Assembly (NCBI GenBank): GCA_964187785.1
Contig: OZ076409.1
Coordinates: forward strand, 29,762,001 to 29,826,000
Origin: Amphiscolops sp. MND2022
Taxonomy: Eukaryota
Length of the DNA stretch: 64,000 nucleotides
Reading direction: 5' to 3'
Of this stretch, positions 26,348 through 38,465 are shown piece after piece. The notes below the pieces were generated by a model that made no database searches, was not told the DNA's origin, and saw only the letters and a list, made by a program, of their open reading frames with translations. The number at the start of each line of letters is the position of its first letter. Position 1 is the first letter of the stretch. The translations under genes were made by a program, and so were the position numbers.

Positions 26348-28124
26348 TTATTTGGAGTCGTGGCAAATCTTTTTTTTTTGGTTCTTTAAGATTGACGTCG
26401 TTTGTTTATTTTTTGCGTCTTTTTGGCTGGTGGACGTTTCGGTATCTGTGGTGTCCTCCAGTTTAAGGTTTTTGTGCTTGAGGTGGGCTCCAGCGCCTTT
26501 CAAACATCGTTCCACAGAGTGGTTCGTTTTGTCGCAAGTTGGACATTTTAGATATACTTTTTTGGTATCCTGTCCGTCATTGTGGCGATGTTCCTCCTTT
26601 CTTTCAAGTTTTCGGCAGTCATCTTTGACAAGCCCGAGTTTTTTGCAATATTTGCAGGTGACATTCGGATCAATGCCAGGAAAAAGAAGGCCAGTTCCCG
26701 GACGTGATGCTGTAGGGACAGTGGACATTGTTGGAACCGGAATGTCGTCCCCCGCCTCAAGTCCATTGAGCTCAAGTTCGCGTTCTAAATGGGTAACTAT
26801 CTTCGTAGGTAGCATTTTCTAATCGAGTCATATTGACTTAGCGTTTCAGTTTTGGCGGCAGCTTGGCATAGAGAAGACTATCGATCATAGCATGGGCGTT
26901 CTCGCCAAACGCTTTTTCAGCTCCTTGATTTAATTCCTCAACGAAGTCTTGCATTTTAATGGTGTTTGGGTCAAACACCAATCTATGCCATTTGTGTTTG
27001 AATGTCGCCTGGGACTCGGGTTTGACGTATTTTTGGCGAAATACAGCCAAAATTCCTTCTAAAGTTTGCCTGTTTGCCGTGTTAAGTTTGCGGAAAGTTT
27101 GTAAAGCGTTCTTGCGTAACAGTAAATGAAAATGGTGTATTTTTATGGCTTCGGTCATATCCGGCTGCATTTTAATCATTGTGTGAAAGAGATCTTCGAA
27201 AAGTTTTACTTTCTCTGACTTTGCATCAAACGTCAGCGTAGTCTTGTTGACTAGGCGTACCATCAGCGTTTGTGCTGATGGACGGTTATTCAGACCAACT
27301 AGTACTTCTACTAGACGGTTGATGGGGTCGGGAGAAGTAGTCGGTGTTGTAGTCTCAGGGACCTGAGGCACGTTGTCCTGAGACTCGTCATTGTTGGGAT
27401 TGTGATGTTGCAGGGGTTCTCGGGATTGCATGGGACGTCCAGTGAGAAACTCAGGAACCATATGTGGGGTAGGGTTGACTCCTGTCAATATGTCGCAATT
27501 TGGTTCGCTACCAATTGAGTCTACTGAACTCTGACGAGACACTTGTCAACTGTTTTCCTGCATAAAACATTTACTGGGACGATTTCCCCAAGTTTTCCGG
27601 GCATTATCTACTTCGGAGTTCCGTTGTAGCCCACTGGACCTTCGGTCCCCCAAGGTTAAAGTTAAATTAGCTGCGTAGCCCGTTGGACCCTTGGTCCACC
27701 ATGGTGTAATTTCCTCCCCCTGTACCTCTAAGATGTTTTGGATGGAAGGACGTATTTTTTGAGTGATTGCATTGCTGATTGCGTATTGTATTTGAAAATT
27801 CAAACCAGTTTTGATCTCATTCAGTTTTCTCGACATTTGATTGGAAATTTCTTCGCTAATCATGCTAGTAGTATCAATAACAATTTCACTATTTTCTCTA
27901 CTGTTAGTATTGAGTAATGATCTGAAGTCTTCTCCTATTACATTTGAATTTTGTTGTAGTCGACTTGACCCTGAGTCTAAATTCGCTTCATTTTTACTAC
28001 AATTATTTTCTTCGTCATCTCTAGAGTAACTTCCTAACATAATATTTACAATCTCCACATCAGACATCAAGTCCATTTGTCTAGATCGGCGTTCCTCAGC
28101 CTTTTGCTTTCTAGTTGAAGGCAT
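26348..28124 (-). pseudogene. gag: gag of the pol-less LTR element, initiating inside the 5' LTR
   Basis: MPSTRKQKA... starts at 28124, with an in-frame stop at 27546. It has a capsid-like region (FEDLFHTMIKMQP...AKLPPKLK) and two zinc-knuckle-like motifs, CKYCKKLGLVKDDC and CPTCDKTNHSVERC. The N-terminal part is duplicated at 21924-22554 in the 3' LTR. Confidence 0.85.
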
Positions 28125-31100
28125 TGAAGAACCAGTTATTTCAACAGTGAATTGGGATAAGTAACAGGTATTTCAACAAACTTTAACTGAGCGAAAGTAT
28201 GGACAATTCGTGTGAAATCACAGTATGTGGAATATTTGCTTGTATTCAGGTTATCAAAAGAATGATCCTCGGGTCCTGTCGTCCCTAGTATTTATGGCGT
28301 AGCATGACTCGTCACATTTAGGGTGTCATGTTACTATAAATAAGTGTTCTTAAGCTTAAAATAGCTCTGACAAATGACATCACTAAATTGTTATGAACTA
28401 GAATATCCTCAAAACAACTTTGGGGAGGGGGGCAAGGCAGCTTTGCCTTGAGATCTGAATTGAGTTGGAAAATGAATATAGATATACACATTCACGTAAA
28501 TACATGCTTCTTCAAATTTTACATGTCATTCAAGTATAATACTAGATTTGTTTCAAATAACACCACCTCGGCCTCAAAGTCTAAATGTCTACATCATTTC
28601 ATGTACAGGCTCTCATTTGAGCAAATAATTCCACGGCGGACCTTCAGTCCACTCGTCTATAGTACAGCATATGTAAGTATTGGATTGGAAGTGAATAGCA
28701 CCATGGCGGACTCACGGTCCGCGCGGCTACCGTAAATGTATATCAACGCTGCATTGTGATTGGTCGTTTTAATGTTCGACTGCGTGTACAGCTAGCTACA
28801 GGAAACGGTCATTTGAACTCCTTTCCTGTTTTGTGCTTACTTGTACGTTTTAATTCAAACAAATTGAAACTGCATTGACACTTTCCAATTGCATCATATT
28901 GATTAACATTACATTATCACAGTAACCTTCTAATTGCAAACAGGTATTACAAACACTAATACCAATTGATGCAAATCGTATTAAAAATAATCTACAGTGC
29001 ATGTAACTAATAAACTAAGCGTAAAAGTTTATTGTGGGCAAGTCGATCTAAGGTCTCCTGTGGACAAACTTCGTAGTAGCTCGTTGGTAGGTTGTATCAT
29101 CTCTAGCCAGCAGTTCTCAAAGTGTTAAAGCTTCATATAGGTAGTACGCCAGGTGCAGGGTTAGGGGCCTTGTCTCCTGCCGGTATTTGGTAGAAAATAC
29201 CGTCGCAGGCGGTAGCCTGTGACAAGGTGTCTGTAAGGCCTAAAACAAACTTCTCCTTTATCTCTCTGAAGAAACGCCCAATGCAGATCGGTATGTTTTT
29301 CTCCGCGAAACAATTTAGCAACAACATATAATTTACCGATCGAGCGTAGTCGATGCAATACGAAGCACGAACCTTGTTCAAAAAGTTCAGCAAAATAATC
29401 TTTAGATCCTACTGGTACAAATTATTCAAATTAGGAAACTTCTCACAAAAGACCTCAGATTTTTTTAGAAGTCAGAAAAAGTCATTATTTAAAAGTTACA
29501 ATAAATAGTCATATACGGTAATGTAAGAAATCCGAGTCATAAAAAGTCATAAAACGATCATGCAAGAGAATAACATTCAAATCATGTAATGGCCATAGTA
29601 TGGCATTTTTATTGACTAAATGTTTTTTATACATGGCAAATTAGGTATAGCGTAATGAAATAACTCTTAGGTTGTTGAATTTGTTGGCTGCTCTTTAACA
29701 ATGAACCAATTGCTATCAAACTAGTAAGAATATCATCACACTTACCATTTTTGTGTATCTGAGTTTTTTATGATTGATCTCGTTTGGTGCACAAATCTCC
29801 TTGAAAATAGATATAGCTGTAACAGGAATTAATCCTAATATAAAAAGTCAAACAACTTGATAGTAAAATCTTAATAGTTTGTGTATGCAAAAATTATCTA
29901 TCTATCCGTTTTTATACTGAAGTACAAGATTAAACAGCCGAAGTCCGTTACGATTGGGAAAAATTCTTAGGAAAACCTCAGCTTTACTATAATCTTTTAT
30001 GGAAAGCATGCAAGTCATACAATTGTCATAATTGAAACATCTAATTCTTACGAGCACCATTATGAAAACGTTTAATTCATATAATGACCACATACGAAAA
30101 CATTTCAGTCATAGCATGACTAAAAATGTTTTTTCTTGTAATGCATCTAGTTTCCATATTTTGAAAAATTGTGTGGACTACAACAAAGTTCTGAAATTGC
30201 ATTTTTAAAAATCAAGATCTTGAACACTTGGCATTTGGCGTTTTAGTGCACCTTGGCAGATTGTGTAGCTCTTTTCAATTCAGGTTTTTACTGTGAAAAC
30301 TTTCAGTTATCTCCACAAGTGTTTTTCACATGTGTTTTTTCAGATTCTGCTTAAAAATTACGAAGCTTAGAAAGTGAACCTTGTTGGTTATTTCCACACA
30401 ATGCTTAAATGTATGTGTCGGTTGAAACGCTAGGTTAGATTTGATTGTCTCTCCAAATTGATCGATGTTTCAACCACTTTTTTGAATAACAAATAGCGTA
30501 AAATCATGAAGATTTATTCCTTTCGGTCATTAAAACGTGTTGCTTAAATCCAAAATCTCGGCAAACATATTACCCAAACTCTGAAAAACTATCATAACCA
30601 GAACACGTTCCTTCGGCACTTTGAGGACAAACAATTGAGGCCGTATATTTCATTTTTTACAACTTTCTGAAAATTTATGATTTTCACTCGGAGTATTTTG
30701 ATCATGAAATTCTAACTGCTTTACAGAAGTGTCTGCAGCTTATTACTCCTTACAAACACAGTGTAGGCGCCAGTCAATTGCGAGATCAGAAACTCAAATT
30801 CGAACGTGACTGATGAAACTTACAACTCAAAACACTTAGAAACTTTGTCAAGATTTTAGTTGGAAAATTTACAAGTTTCACCAGAAATATGGCGTCACCA
30901 AAAAGGGCCACCCCCCCCCGTCCCGATAAACCACTCATTCAATCACCTTCAAACTTGGCACACGTATAGTAGTGGTGCTATCCTAACTTTTCACTAGGAA
31001 CAACCAACCCCGTATCTCCCCTGGGTTCCGAGCTATTAACACCCAAAGTGACCTAGGTCGGACCCCATGAATTACCCAATTTTGATGTATTAATTATTAT

Positions 31101-31818
31101 GTGATTTTCTCATATGACCTTGAAGGAAATGTAACTCTGTTGTGTAAACATACTTTCTAACCCACCTGATCAACATGCCAAAACCACCACATTCTTTGTT
31201 TACATAGCCAATAACTTCATATTATGCTTTAAATGTCATTTATTTATACAACATATTTCAACTGATATTTGCCTATATTTACTGTAGAATTGTAAACCAT
31301 ATGTATACCATTATTAGATAGAGATTTTCTCCACTGTATAGCTATCGTCAAGTTGGGTCTCAGGACCGCGAGACTAATTAATCAACTTCTCAATCTTCAC
31401 AACTTTTCGCTAGAGTCAGAGCGACTAAGTAGCTACTCTCATAGTTGGAGAGCGGGAGCGCGTGAAGATACAGTGAGGGAAGTGTGTGCAGGATCACATC
31501 GGATTCAATTCAGTGCAAAGCGGAATCGCAGGAGATTCCACGGGTCACATCGGACCCATCAAGCCAAAAGATACAGTCCTTTAAAACACGAAAAACCAGG
31601 AACTGTTTAGTAACGGTCCACAGTACTAAGCAACGGATCAGGGCGGCGTAAAGCTTGTCAAGCCTCAGCGCAGGATAAGGGCAAGCAGCCGTTACATTTG
31701 GTCCGCCGACCCGGACAACTCGTTGGTGGACGACCCGGACTAGAAGAAGACGACTCGTTGGTGGACAACTGAGAAGATTGCCCAAGAAGAACAAGTGTCT
31801 GGATCTTGGAGTCTCTAC

Positions 31819-32037
31819 TGTGTCTCTGGGAGTTTGAGCTACTGTGTCTCTGGGAGATTGGGCTACTGTGTCTCTGGGAGATTGGGCTACTGTGTCTCTG
31901 GGAGATTGGGCTACCGTGTCTCTGGGAGATTGGGCTACTGTGTCTCCGGGAGATTGGGCTTTTGTGTCTCTGGGAGATTGGGCTACGGTGTCTCTGGGAG
32001 ATTGGGCTATTGTGTCTCTGGGAGTTTGGGCTTTTGT
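31819..32037 (+). repeat. 24-bp tandem repeat (TGTGTCTCTGGGAGATTGGGCTAC) x9 in the BEL leader
   Basis: Directly visible. It produces periodic spurious ORFs in several frames. Confidence 0.95.
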
Positions 32038-32073
32038 GACTTTGGAAACTGAGTTCAATCGACAAGAGAAGAG

Positions 32074-35000
32074 ATAGCAGAACCAAAACGGTTCGATATC
32101 AACAAAATCGAAAACTTTCTGAAGAACTCTGCTGACAAAGCCCAAACGTTGAGTTATTGGAATGCAGCTGTTGAACACGGTAAGACTGTTAAAGAAATTG
32201 ATGAGAACCTAGCTAGCAATGTTGACGACAAGCCGATAGCAGATTTACTGCTAAGACGAACAGATGCCATAAACAGGAGAGATCGGCTCATTATGGCAGT
32301 CGAAAATGCAATCAAAGTCAAGTACCGACCGCAGATTCCCGAAATGTTCTCAGCAGTGAACAGAGCAATGCAGAGCCGATGGGTTGAGTTACAGCAGCAA
32401 AGCTCTAGCGTTGGAAGGGTAAAAACACTGATGTCAGCATTGCAAGATGGAAATCAGATACTAAAATACTTGGATCTTGACGAAAGGAAACGTGCTATTG
32501 ATAGACTAATGGTTAGCAACGAAAAGCTGCGAGAAGATTCAATCGCAAATGGCAATGACGCCAACGAAGAAGATTATGTTGCAGCATGTCAAGAATTTCT
32601 CCAGAAAAAGTCTGACATCAAAACAAAAATTGAAACTCTGCTGAAGTCAAGAGACGAGGGAGCCATTTTGCGAAGTCTTGAAGACGCTGAACAAAGACTG
32701 GCAGACGCTCGTGTAAACTCAGCAGCAGACAAATCCAGTAAAAATTGTACCTCGCCACAAAAGGAACCACAATCAAACAATGAGCAAAAAGGACACGATG
32801 ATGGTCATAACGCTAATGACAGACAAGAGCGAAGAAATAGAGCTAGATCACTCCAAATTGAAGCATTGAGCATGCATTCGCGAAGTGACAAAACCAAAAG
32901 CAACAAGACGTCTGTGATTTCAAAAACATCAAGCGCAAGACGAGTTCTACACTTGGAGCTAAAAGCTCTGAAAGAGCAAGAAGAACTGCAATCCCGCCTG
33001 GAGAAACTGGGAAGAGAAACAAAACAAAAGGAAATGGAAATAGCAGACTTGCAAGGTGAAGTGGCCCGCAAGGCCAGAATTGCAGAAAAGGAAATAGAAC
33101 TGGCGAAATTTTCAAGTAGTTGTGGCACCAGCTTGCGAAGTATCTCACCAGTCGGGAATCCAGATGACAACCTGACAAAAGTTTCAGGATGGATGGACAA
33201 GACCGAAGAAGCTGAAAACGTGGCATCGGCGATTAACGTGCCATCTGTTTACCAGCAAACGTCCGTCTCAGCACCAGTGATTACAGTACAATCGATGCAA
33301 GGAGGACAATGCTCCACGCTTGTGAGGGACTTGAAACCCTCAGTGAGACCGACCATATCCACAGAAGCCGCTGTGCGAGATATTGGAAAAAACGGAACAA
33401 AGAGTGTCAAAGGTGCTGTCAGTCAAACTGGAACAGTACAACCAGAGGTGAAGTTCGCCGCATCGAAGCCGTCAACGACCCTTATGACAAGCCAAGGCTG
33501 GGTACCACCTACGAATGGAGGCAACCCGAGTAGTGCGTTTCAAGTACCACAGCTTGCGAACACACAGAAACAGAATTTGCCAAGTCAAGGACCAAACTTT
33601 GCCTCAAATGCAAAAGATGACTACTACATCAGATCTAGCTTGCCAAAACTGAAGTTGGCAGAATTCTCAGGAGACCCATTGGAGGGGCCAGAGTGATCAC
33701 AACTATTCCAAGCAACCGTCCATGCAGCGAACATAGACGACAGTGTAAAAATGAATCACCTGAAAACAATGGTCACGGGCAAAGCCAAAGAGGCGATTGC
33801 TGGCTTGGGATACACAGCTGAGATGTACAATGTGGCGTGGAACGTTCTAGTTCGAAACTCTGGAAAATCTCAAATGGTTGTGAACGCCCAGTTGAAGCGA
33901 ATCTATTCGTTCCCTCCGATGAAACCTTATGAGGGAGCCGCATTGATCAAGTTTGCGAGAATAGTGTCGAGTTGTGTGAACGTTCTGACCCAATTCAACT
34001 ACGTGGGAGACCTAAACTCAGAAGGAGTTCTGGGCAGTGCCACAAGGAAGTTAACACTGGACATGAAAACGAAGTGGCTCACTTATGTCAAGCAAATGAA
34101 CCTGTGTCAACCTGGACTCGCTGTGTTCAGTGAATGGCTCAATGATATAGCAGATTTTCAAGACGAATTGCTTTTGTCTTCAAACCCGAATGCTGATCGC
34201 GCGAAGTCGAACTACAAGGAAAAGGCCAAAGGCGCCACGTTTGCCACATCAACAACAAACACAACCAGTGACAACTCAAAATACCAGCGAGAGTGTGCGC
34301 TGAAAGATGGCAAACATCCAATATGGAAATGTGAGAAGTTCAAGAAGATGAACATCGAAGAAAGAGGACAAAAGGCGAAAGAGCTGAAATTGTGCTTCAA
34401 ATGCTTGTCAGACGCACATCAGATGAGAAATTGCTCTGGTAGACTCTGCGATGTGAATGGTTGCGGAAAACCTCATCACAGATTGCTACACAGACCATAC
34501 AAGAACGTGGAACAAAAGAAAATTGTTGAAAATGTCGATGAGGTCTCCAACCTGTCCTCAATGAGAAGCAGTGGAGTGCTTCCAGTCATTCCTGTATCGA
34601 TAGGGAGTGGGAGCAAAACTGTGAAAACGTTCGCTTTGTGCGACTCTGGGGCAAGCCTGTCCTTTGTGGACGAGAGCCTGATGAAAACGCTAAATCTGAC
34701 GGGACAGCCAGTGGATTTGAACGTTGCAGGGATTCATGGAACGTCAGATATTAGTAGCAAACGACTTCGAGTCAGGATTGGAGATCAGGACGGAAAAGTC
34801 AAAGAAGATATCATGGCCTATAGTCATCCCGACGTAAATGCAGGAAATCGAACGTACGACCTCAAGAAATTGAAAGAAACATATCCTCACCTGTCAGTTT
34901 TGAAAGACTCAACCATCAACCTGAAAGATGTCAAAGTTATCTTAGGCCAAGATTGCTACCACTTGCAGAGAGCAATCGACTATAGAAAGTGTGGAAACGC

Positions 35001-38000
35001 CAAGCCCTGGGCAGTGCGAACGAAGCTGGGATGGATGCTCAGTGGACCATTGCCTCAACAAGAGACAGCAAAGCTCGCAACTGAAAGTCTAGTTGCAGCA
35101 GAAGTGGACCCTTTAGCGGATCAAGTGAAGTCTTGGTGGAGCATGGAATCGTATGCTTCCAACTGCAGCGTATCCGGAAGGTCCAAGGAAGACGAGCGAG
35201 CCCTCGAAATGCTCAAGGCAACCACAAAGTTCGATGGAGAGAGGTATGAGGTCGGGCTACTTTGGAAAAATTCAAAGCCGCATTTGCCAAATAATTACAG
35301 TTCAGCAGTGAGTCAATTGAAGTCCCTCGAGCGCCGGCTGGAAAAGGATGCGAACTTGAAACAACGCTACAAAGAGACAATTGATGTAGACGTACAAAAG
35401 GGCTTTGTGAGAGTCCTGGACGAAGCAGAGCTTGAAAACACTAATTCAGACCTTCAGTGGTATGTTCCGCATCTCCCTGTGCTGAACCCGAACAAGCCGG
35501 ACAAAGTGAGACGAGTGTGCAACGCTGCCTCAAAGTTCGGAGGTGTTTCGCTGAATGATAACTTGATGGCCGGTCCAGACCTCCTACAATCGCTGATAGG
35601 AATTATCTTCAGATTCAGGGAAAAGGAAATCGCCCTGACAGCAGACGTCGAAGCAATGTTTCTCCAAGTGAAAGTACCCCCTACTGATTGCAGAATACTG
35701 AGATTTTTGTGGAGAGAAAACCACACTGACCCTATCTCTGTGTATGAATATGGAAGACACATTTTTGGAGCTAAGAGTTCGCCAACATGTGTCAACTACG
35801 CTTTGCAACAAGTCGGACGAGACAGCAGAGATGACAATGGGATGGTTGCAAAGCTGATCAACAGAAACTTCTATAAGGACGATTTTGTGAAGTCAGTAGC
35901 TTCGAGGGAAGAAGCTGTGGAAGTGTATAAGTGCTTGCGAAAATCCTTAGCGGATCGTGGCTTTCAACTAACGAAATGGATCTGCAACTCAGAGAAAGTA
36001 ATGGAAGAAATTCCTTCTGAAGATAGATCAGACGCGCTAAGTAAAAAATTCGAAGCTGAACCCTTGCCACCCTCTATCTTGGGACTCCAGTGGAATGTGG
36101 AGTCAGACAGTCTTGAGATTTGCCGCGGTACGGGAAAAGAGGTGCCTGTCAAGATCACTCAAAGAATTGTTCTATCTCACGTATCCTCTGTGTTTGACCC
36201 GTTGGGATTGTTTTCCCCCTTCACAGTGAGAATGAGATTGTTGCTCAAAGGAATTTGGAAGAAGCATGGGCAATCGTGGGACGAACAAGTTTCTCCAGAA
36301 GACGAGATTGCTTTCAAGGATTGGGCATCGGAGTTGAGTCACTTGAATGAAATGGCTATCAAAAGAAAATACCTATCGAAAAATGCTGAAGTAGTGGACT
36401 TGCATATTTTCGCCGATGCATCCCTGGAAGCCATGTGCATAGTTGCCTACGTTCGAGATCAACAAACTTGAGAGCTTGCCTATGTGGTAGGGAAATGCCG
36501 AGTAGCGCCAATGAAGCAACAATCAATTCCCCGACTAGAGCTACAAGCAGCTATGTATGGAACCCGATTAAAACAACTGATCGTAGACGAACACGACCTT
36601 CAAGTTGAACGAACTTTCTTTTGGACGGATTTGACAACCGTTTTGCAATGGTTGCATGGAGCTGACAAGAAACAACCGGTGTTTGTAGCGAATAGAGTCG
36701 CTGAAATCCTTGACAGCTCAACTATTGATCAGTGGAGACATGTCGAAGGAACCTTAAACCCTGCCGACATTGAAACAAGAGGAAAATCCGTCCACGAATT
36801 AGAAAAGAGCGAGTGGTTCACAGGGCCGGCATGGCTTCAAGAAAAGGAAGATGCTTGGCCACAAACTTCACCACAGTTGTTTCAGCGGAAAACAGAGGAC
36901 ATAGAGCAAGTCTTTGAAGTTGTGTCAGAAGAAATGAACATTGATTGGGAAAAGTTCGGTTCGTTCAGACGAATGACGCGAATCTTCGCCTATTGCCTTC
37001 GGTTCAAATCAAAAATCAAAGGAAAGGTGGTGATAACAGAAGAATTGCAACAAGTGATCCGATTGTTACTGAGGAAGAGCCAGATTGAAAGTTTTGGTCC
37101 AACTTATCAAGTATTGGCAGCAGGTAAACCCATGGCTGCATCTGATCACTTGAACAAACTGTCACCATTTATGGACAATCAGAACCTAATGCGATTAAAA
37201 GGACGAATGCGTCATGCTGATGCGAGTTATGAAATGAAACATCCTATTTTGCTATATGCGAAGAATCCAATAGTGAGGAAATTGATTGAAGATGCGCATG
37301 AAAGTAACTATCACGAAGGATTAGAGTATGTTCGCAGCATTTTGCAGCAAAATTATTGGATAATTGGACTCCGAAACGCGCTTAGAAATGTGAAGCTGAA
37401 GTGTGTTAAGTGTAGAAAGCAACAAGTCGGAGGAGTTCAACCTTTCATGGCAGACCTACCTAAAGAAAGATTGGATGAAAGAGTTTTCCCATTTGCCAAC
37501 ACTGGAGTAGATTATTTTGGACCATTCGAAGTGAGATTCATGAGGAAATCAATGAAACGATGGTGTTGTCTATTCACATGTTTGACAACAAGAGCTGTGC
37601 ATGTTGAAATTGTGCCCAGCCTGGAAGCCGACGCATGTCTTGCTGCAATTACGAGATTCATCGCAAGAAGAGGAAAAACGAATATCATTCTAAGTGATAA
37701 TGGAACAAATTTTGTGGGTGCAGCGAGAGAAATGCGAGAATGGATAGAAGCTTGGAATCAATCAGACATTGAGCAGTCTTTGGCTCAGAAGCAAATAAAA
37801 TGGAAGTTCAACCCCCAGGAGCTCCGCATTTTGGAGGTGTTCGGGAGCGAATGGTCAGAAGCTGCAAGAAAGCTATGATGGCAATTGTAGGAAACAGAAC
37901 ACTGACAGATGATGTATTATCCACAACAATGTGTCTATTCGAGCAAATATTGAATTCGAGACCTCTGACTAGTGTCAGTGATGATCCTGAAGATTTGGAA

Positions 38001-38465
38001 GCCTTGACCCCAAATCACTTCCTGCTAGGACGTGCAAGTCCAGCAACCCCATTTATTCCTGACGCTCAGCGATATACCGATCTGAGAAAAGTATTCAGAG
38101 TATCACAAGCATACACAGACATGATTTGGAGCAGATGGAATAGAGAATATTTACCACAATGGAATGAGAGATCTAAATGGAATAAAGAAGAAGTTAGACA
38201 ACTGGAAGTCAATGATTTGGTTTGGATAGTGGATGAGAATGTAAAAAGAGCACACTACAAGATGGGTAGAGTGTTGGAAGTCTACCATGGAAGCGATGGG
38301 TGAGTGAGATCAGCGCTGGTGAAAACACAAGATGGAAAACTCAAAAGACCAGTAGTGAAACTGGCACCCATGTTCTACGAAAGTGTTTTTCGGGAGAAAA
38401 ACAGGGCCGGCAATGTAGGCGCCAGTCAATTGCGAGATCAGAAACTCAAATTCGAACGTGACTGA
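32074..38465 (+). pseudogene. gag-pol: BEL/Pao gag-pol polyprotein, disabled
   Basis: Recognisable motifs: LPKLKLAEFSGDPL, BEL-type zinc knuckles (CFKCLSDAHQMRNC, CDVNGCGKPHHRLLH), protease ALCDSGA, RT (KVRRVCNAA, FGAKSSP, NFYKDD), RNase H (FADAS, IPRLEL) and integrase (GVDYFGP, SDNGTNF, LTPNHFLLG). Stops at 33694, 36469 and 38301, a frameshift near 37812, and a probable ATG>ATA change at 32074. Confidence 0.95.

Larger units (their letters stand above)
21924..29224 (-). mobile_element. Gypsy-type LTR element with ~1.75-1.8-kb LTRs, gag and accessory ORFs but no pol (non-autonomous)
   Basis: 3' LTR at 21924-23746 and 5' LTR at 27491-29224 (minus strand TGTCAC...GCGACA). TSD AGGTG at 21919-21923 and 29225-29229. 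PPT CCCAAGGGGAG abuts the 3' LTR. A degenerate PBS (TATTGACAGGAGT, compare tRNA-Leu-type TGGTGTCAGGAGT) follows the 5' LTR. No RT or integrase motifs inside. Confidence 0.9.

Noticed and set aside
28295..28312. TGGCGTAGCATGACTCG as a plus-strand tRNA-Ser PBS
   Set aside because: It lies in mid-LTR on the wrong strand. The TSD, PPT and gag orientation define a minus-strand element.
31353..31610. ORF inside the BEL LTR (also 39025-39324)
   Set aside because: It has a non-ATG start, no recognisable motif, and different C-terminal frames in the two LTRs.
31510..32178. Repetitive ORFs (AQSPRDTV, LCLWEIGL, etc.) as real proteins
   Set aside because: They are by-products of a stop-free 24-bp tandem repeat that is open in several frames on both strands.
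33694..38303. In-frame TGA codons in BEL pol as evidence of an alternative genetic code or readthrough
   Set aside because: The three TGAs appear to replace different expected residues (Trp, Gly, Arg) and co-occur with a frameshift, which indicates ordinary mutation.
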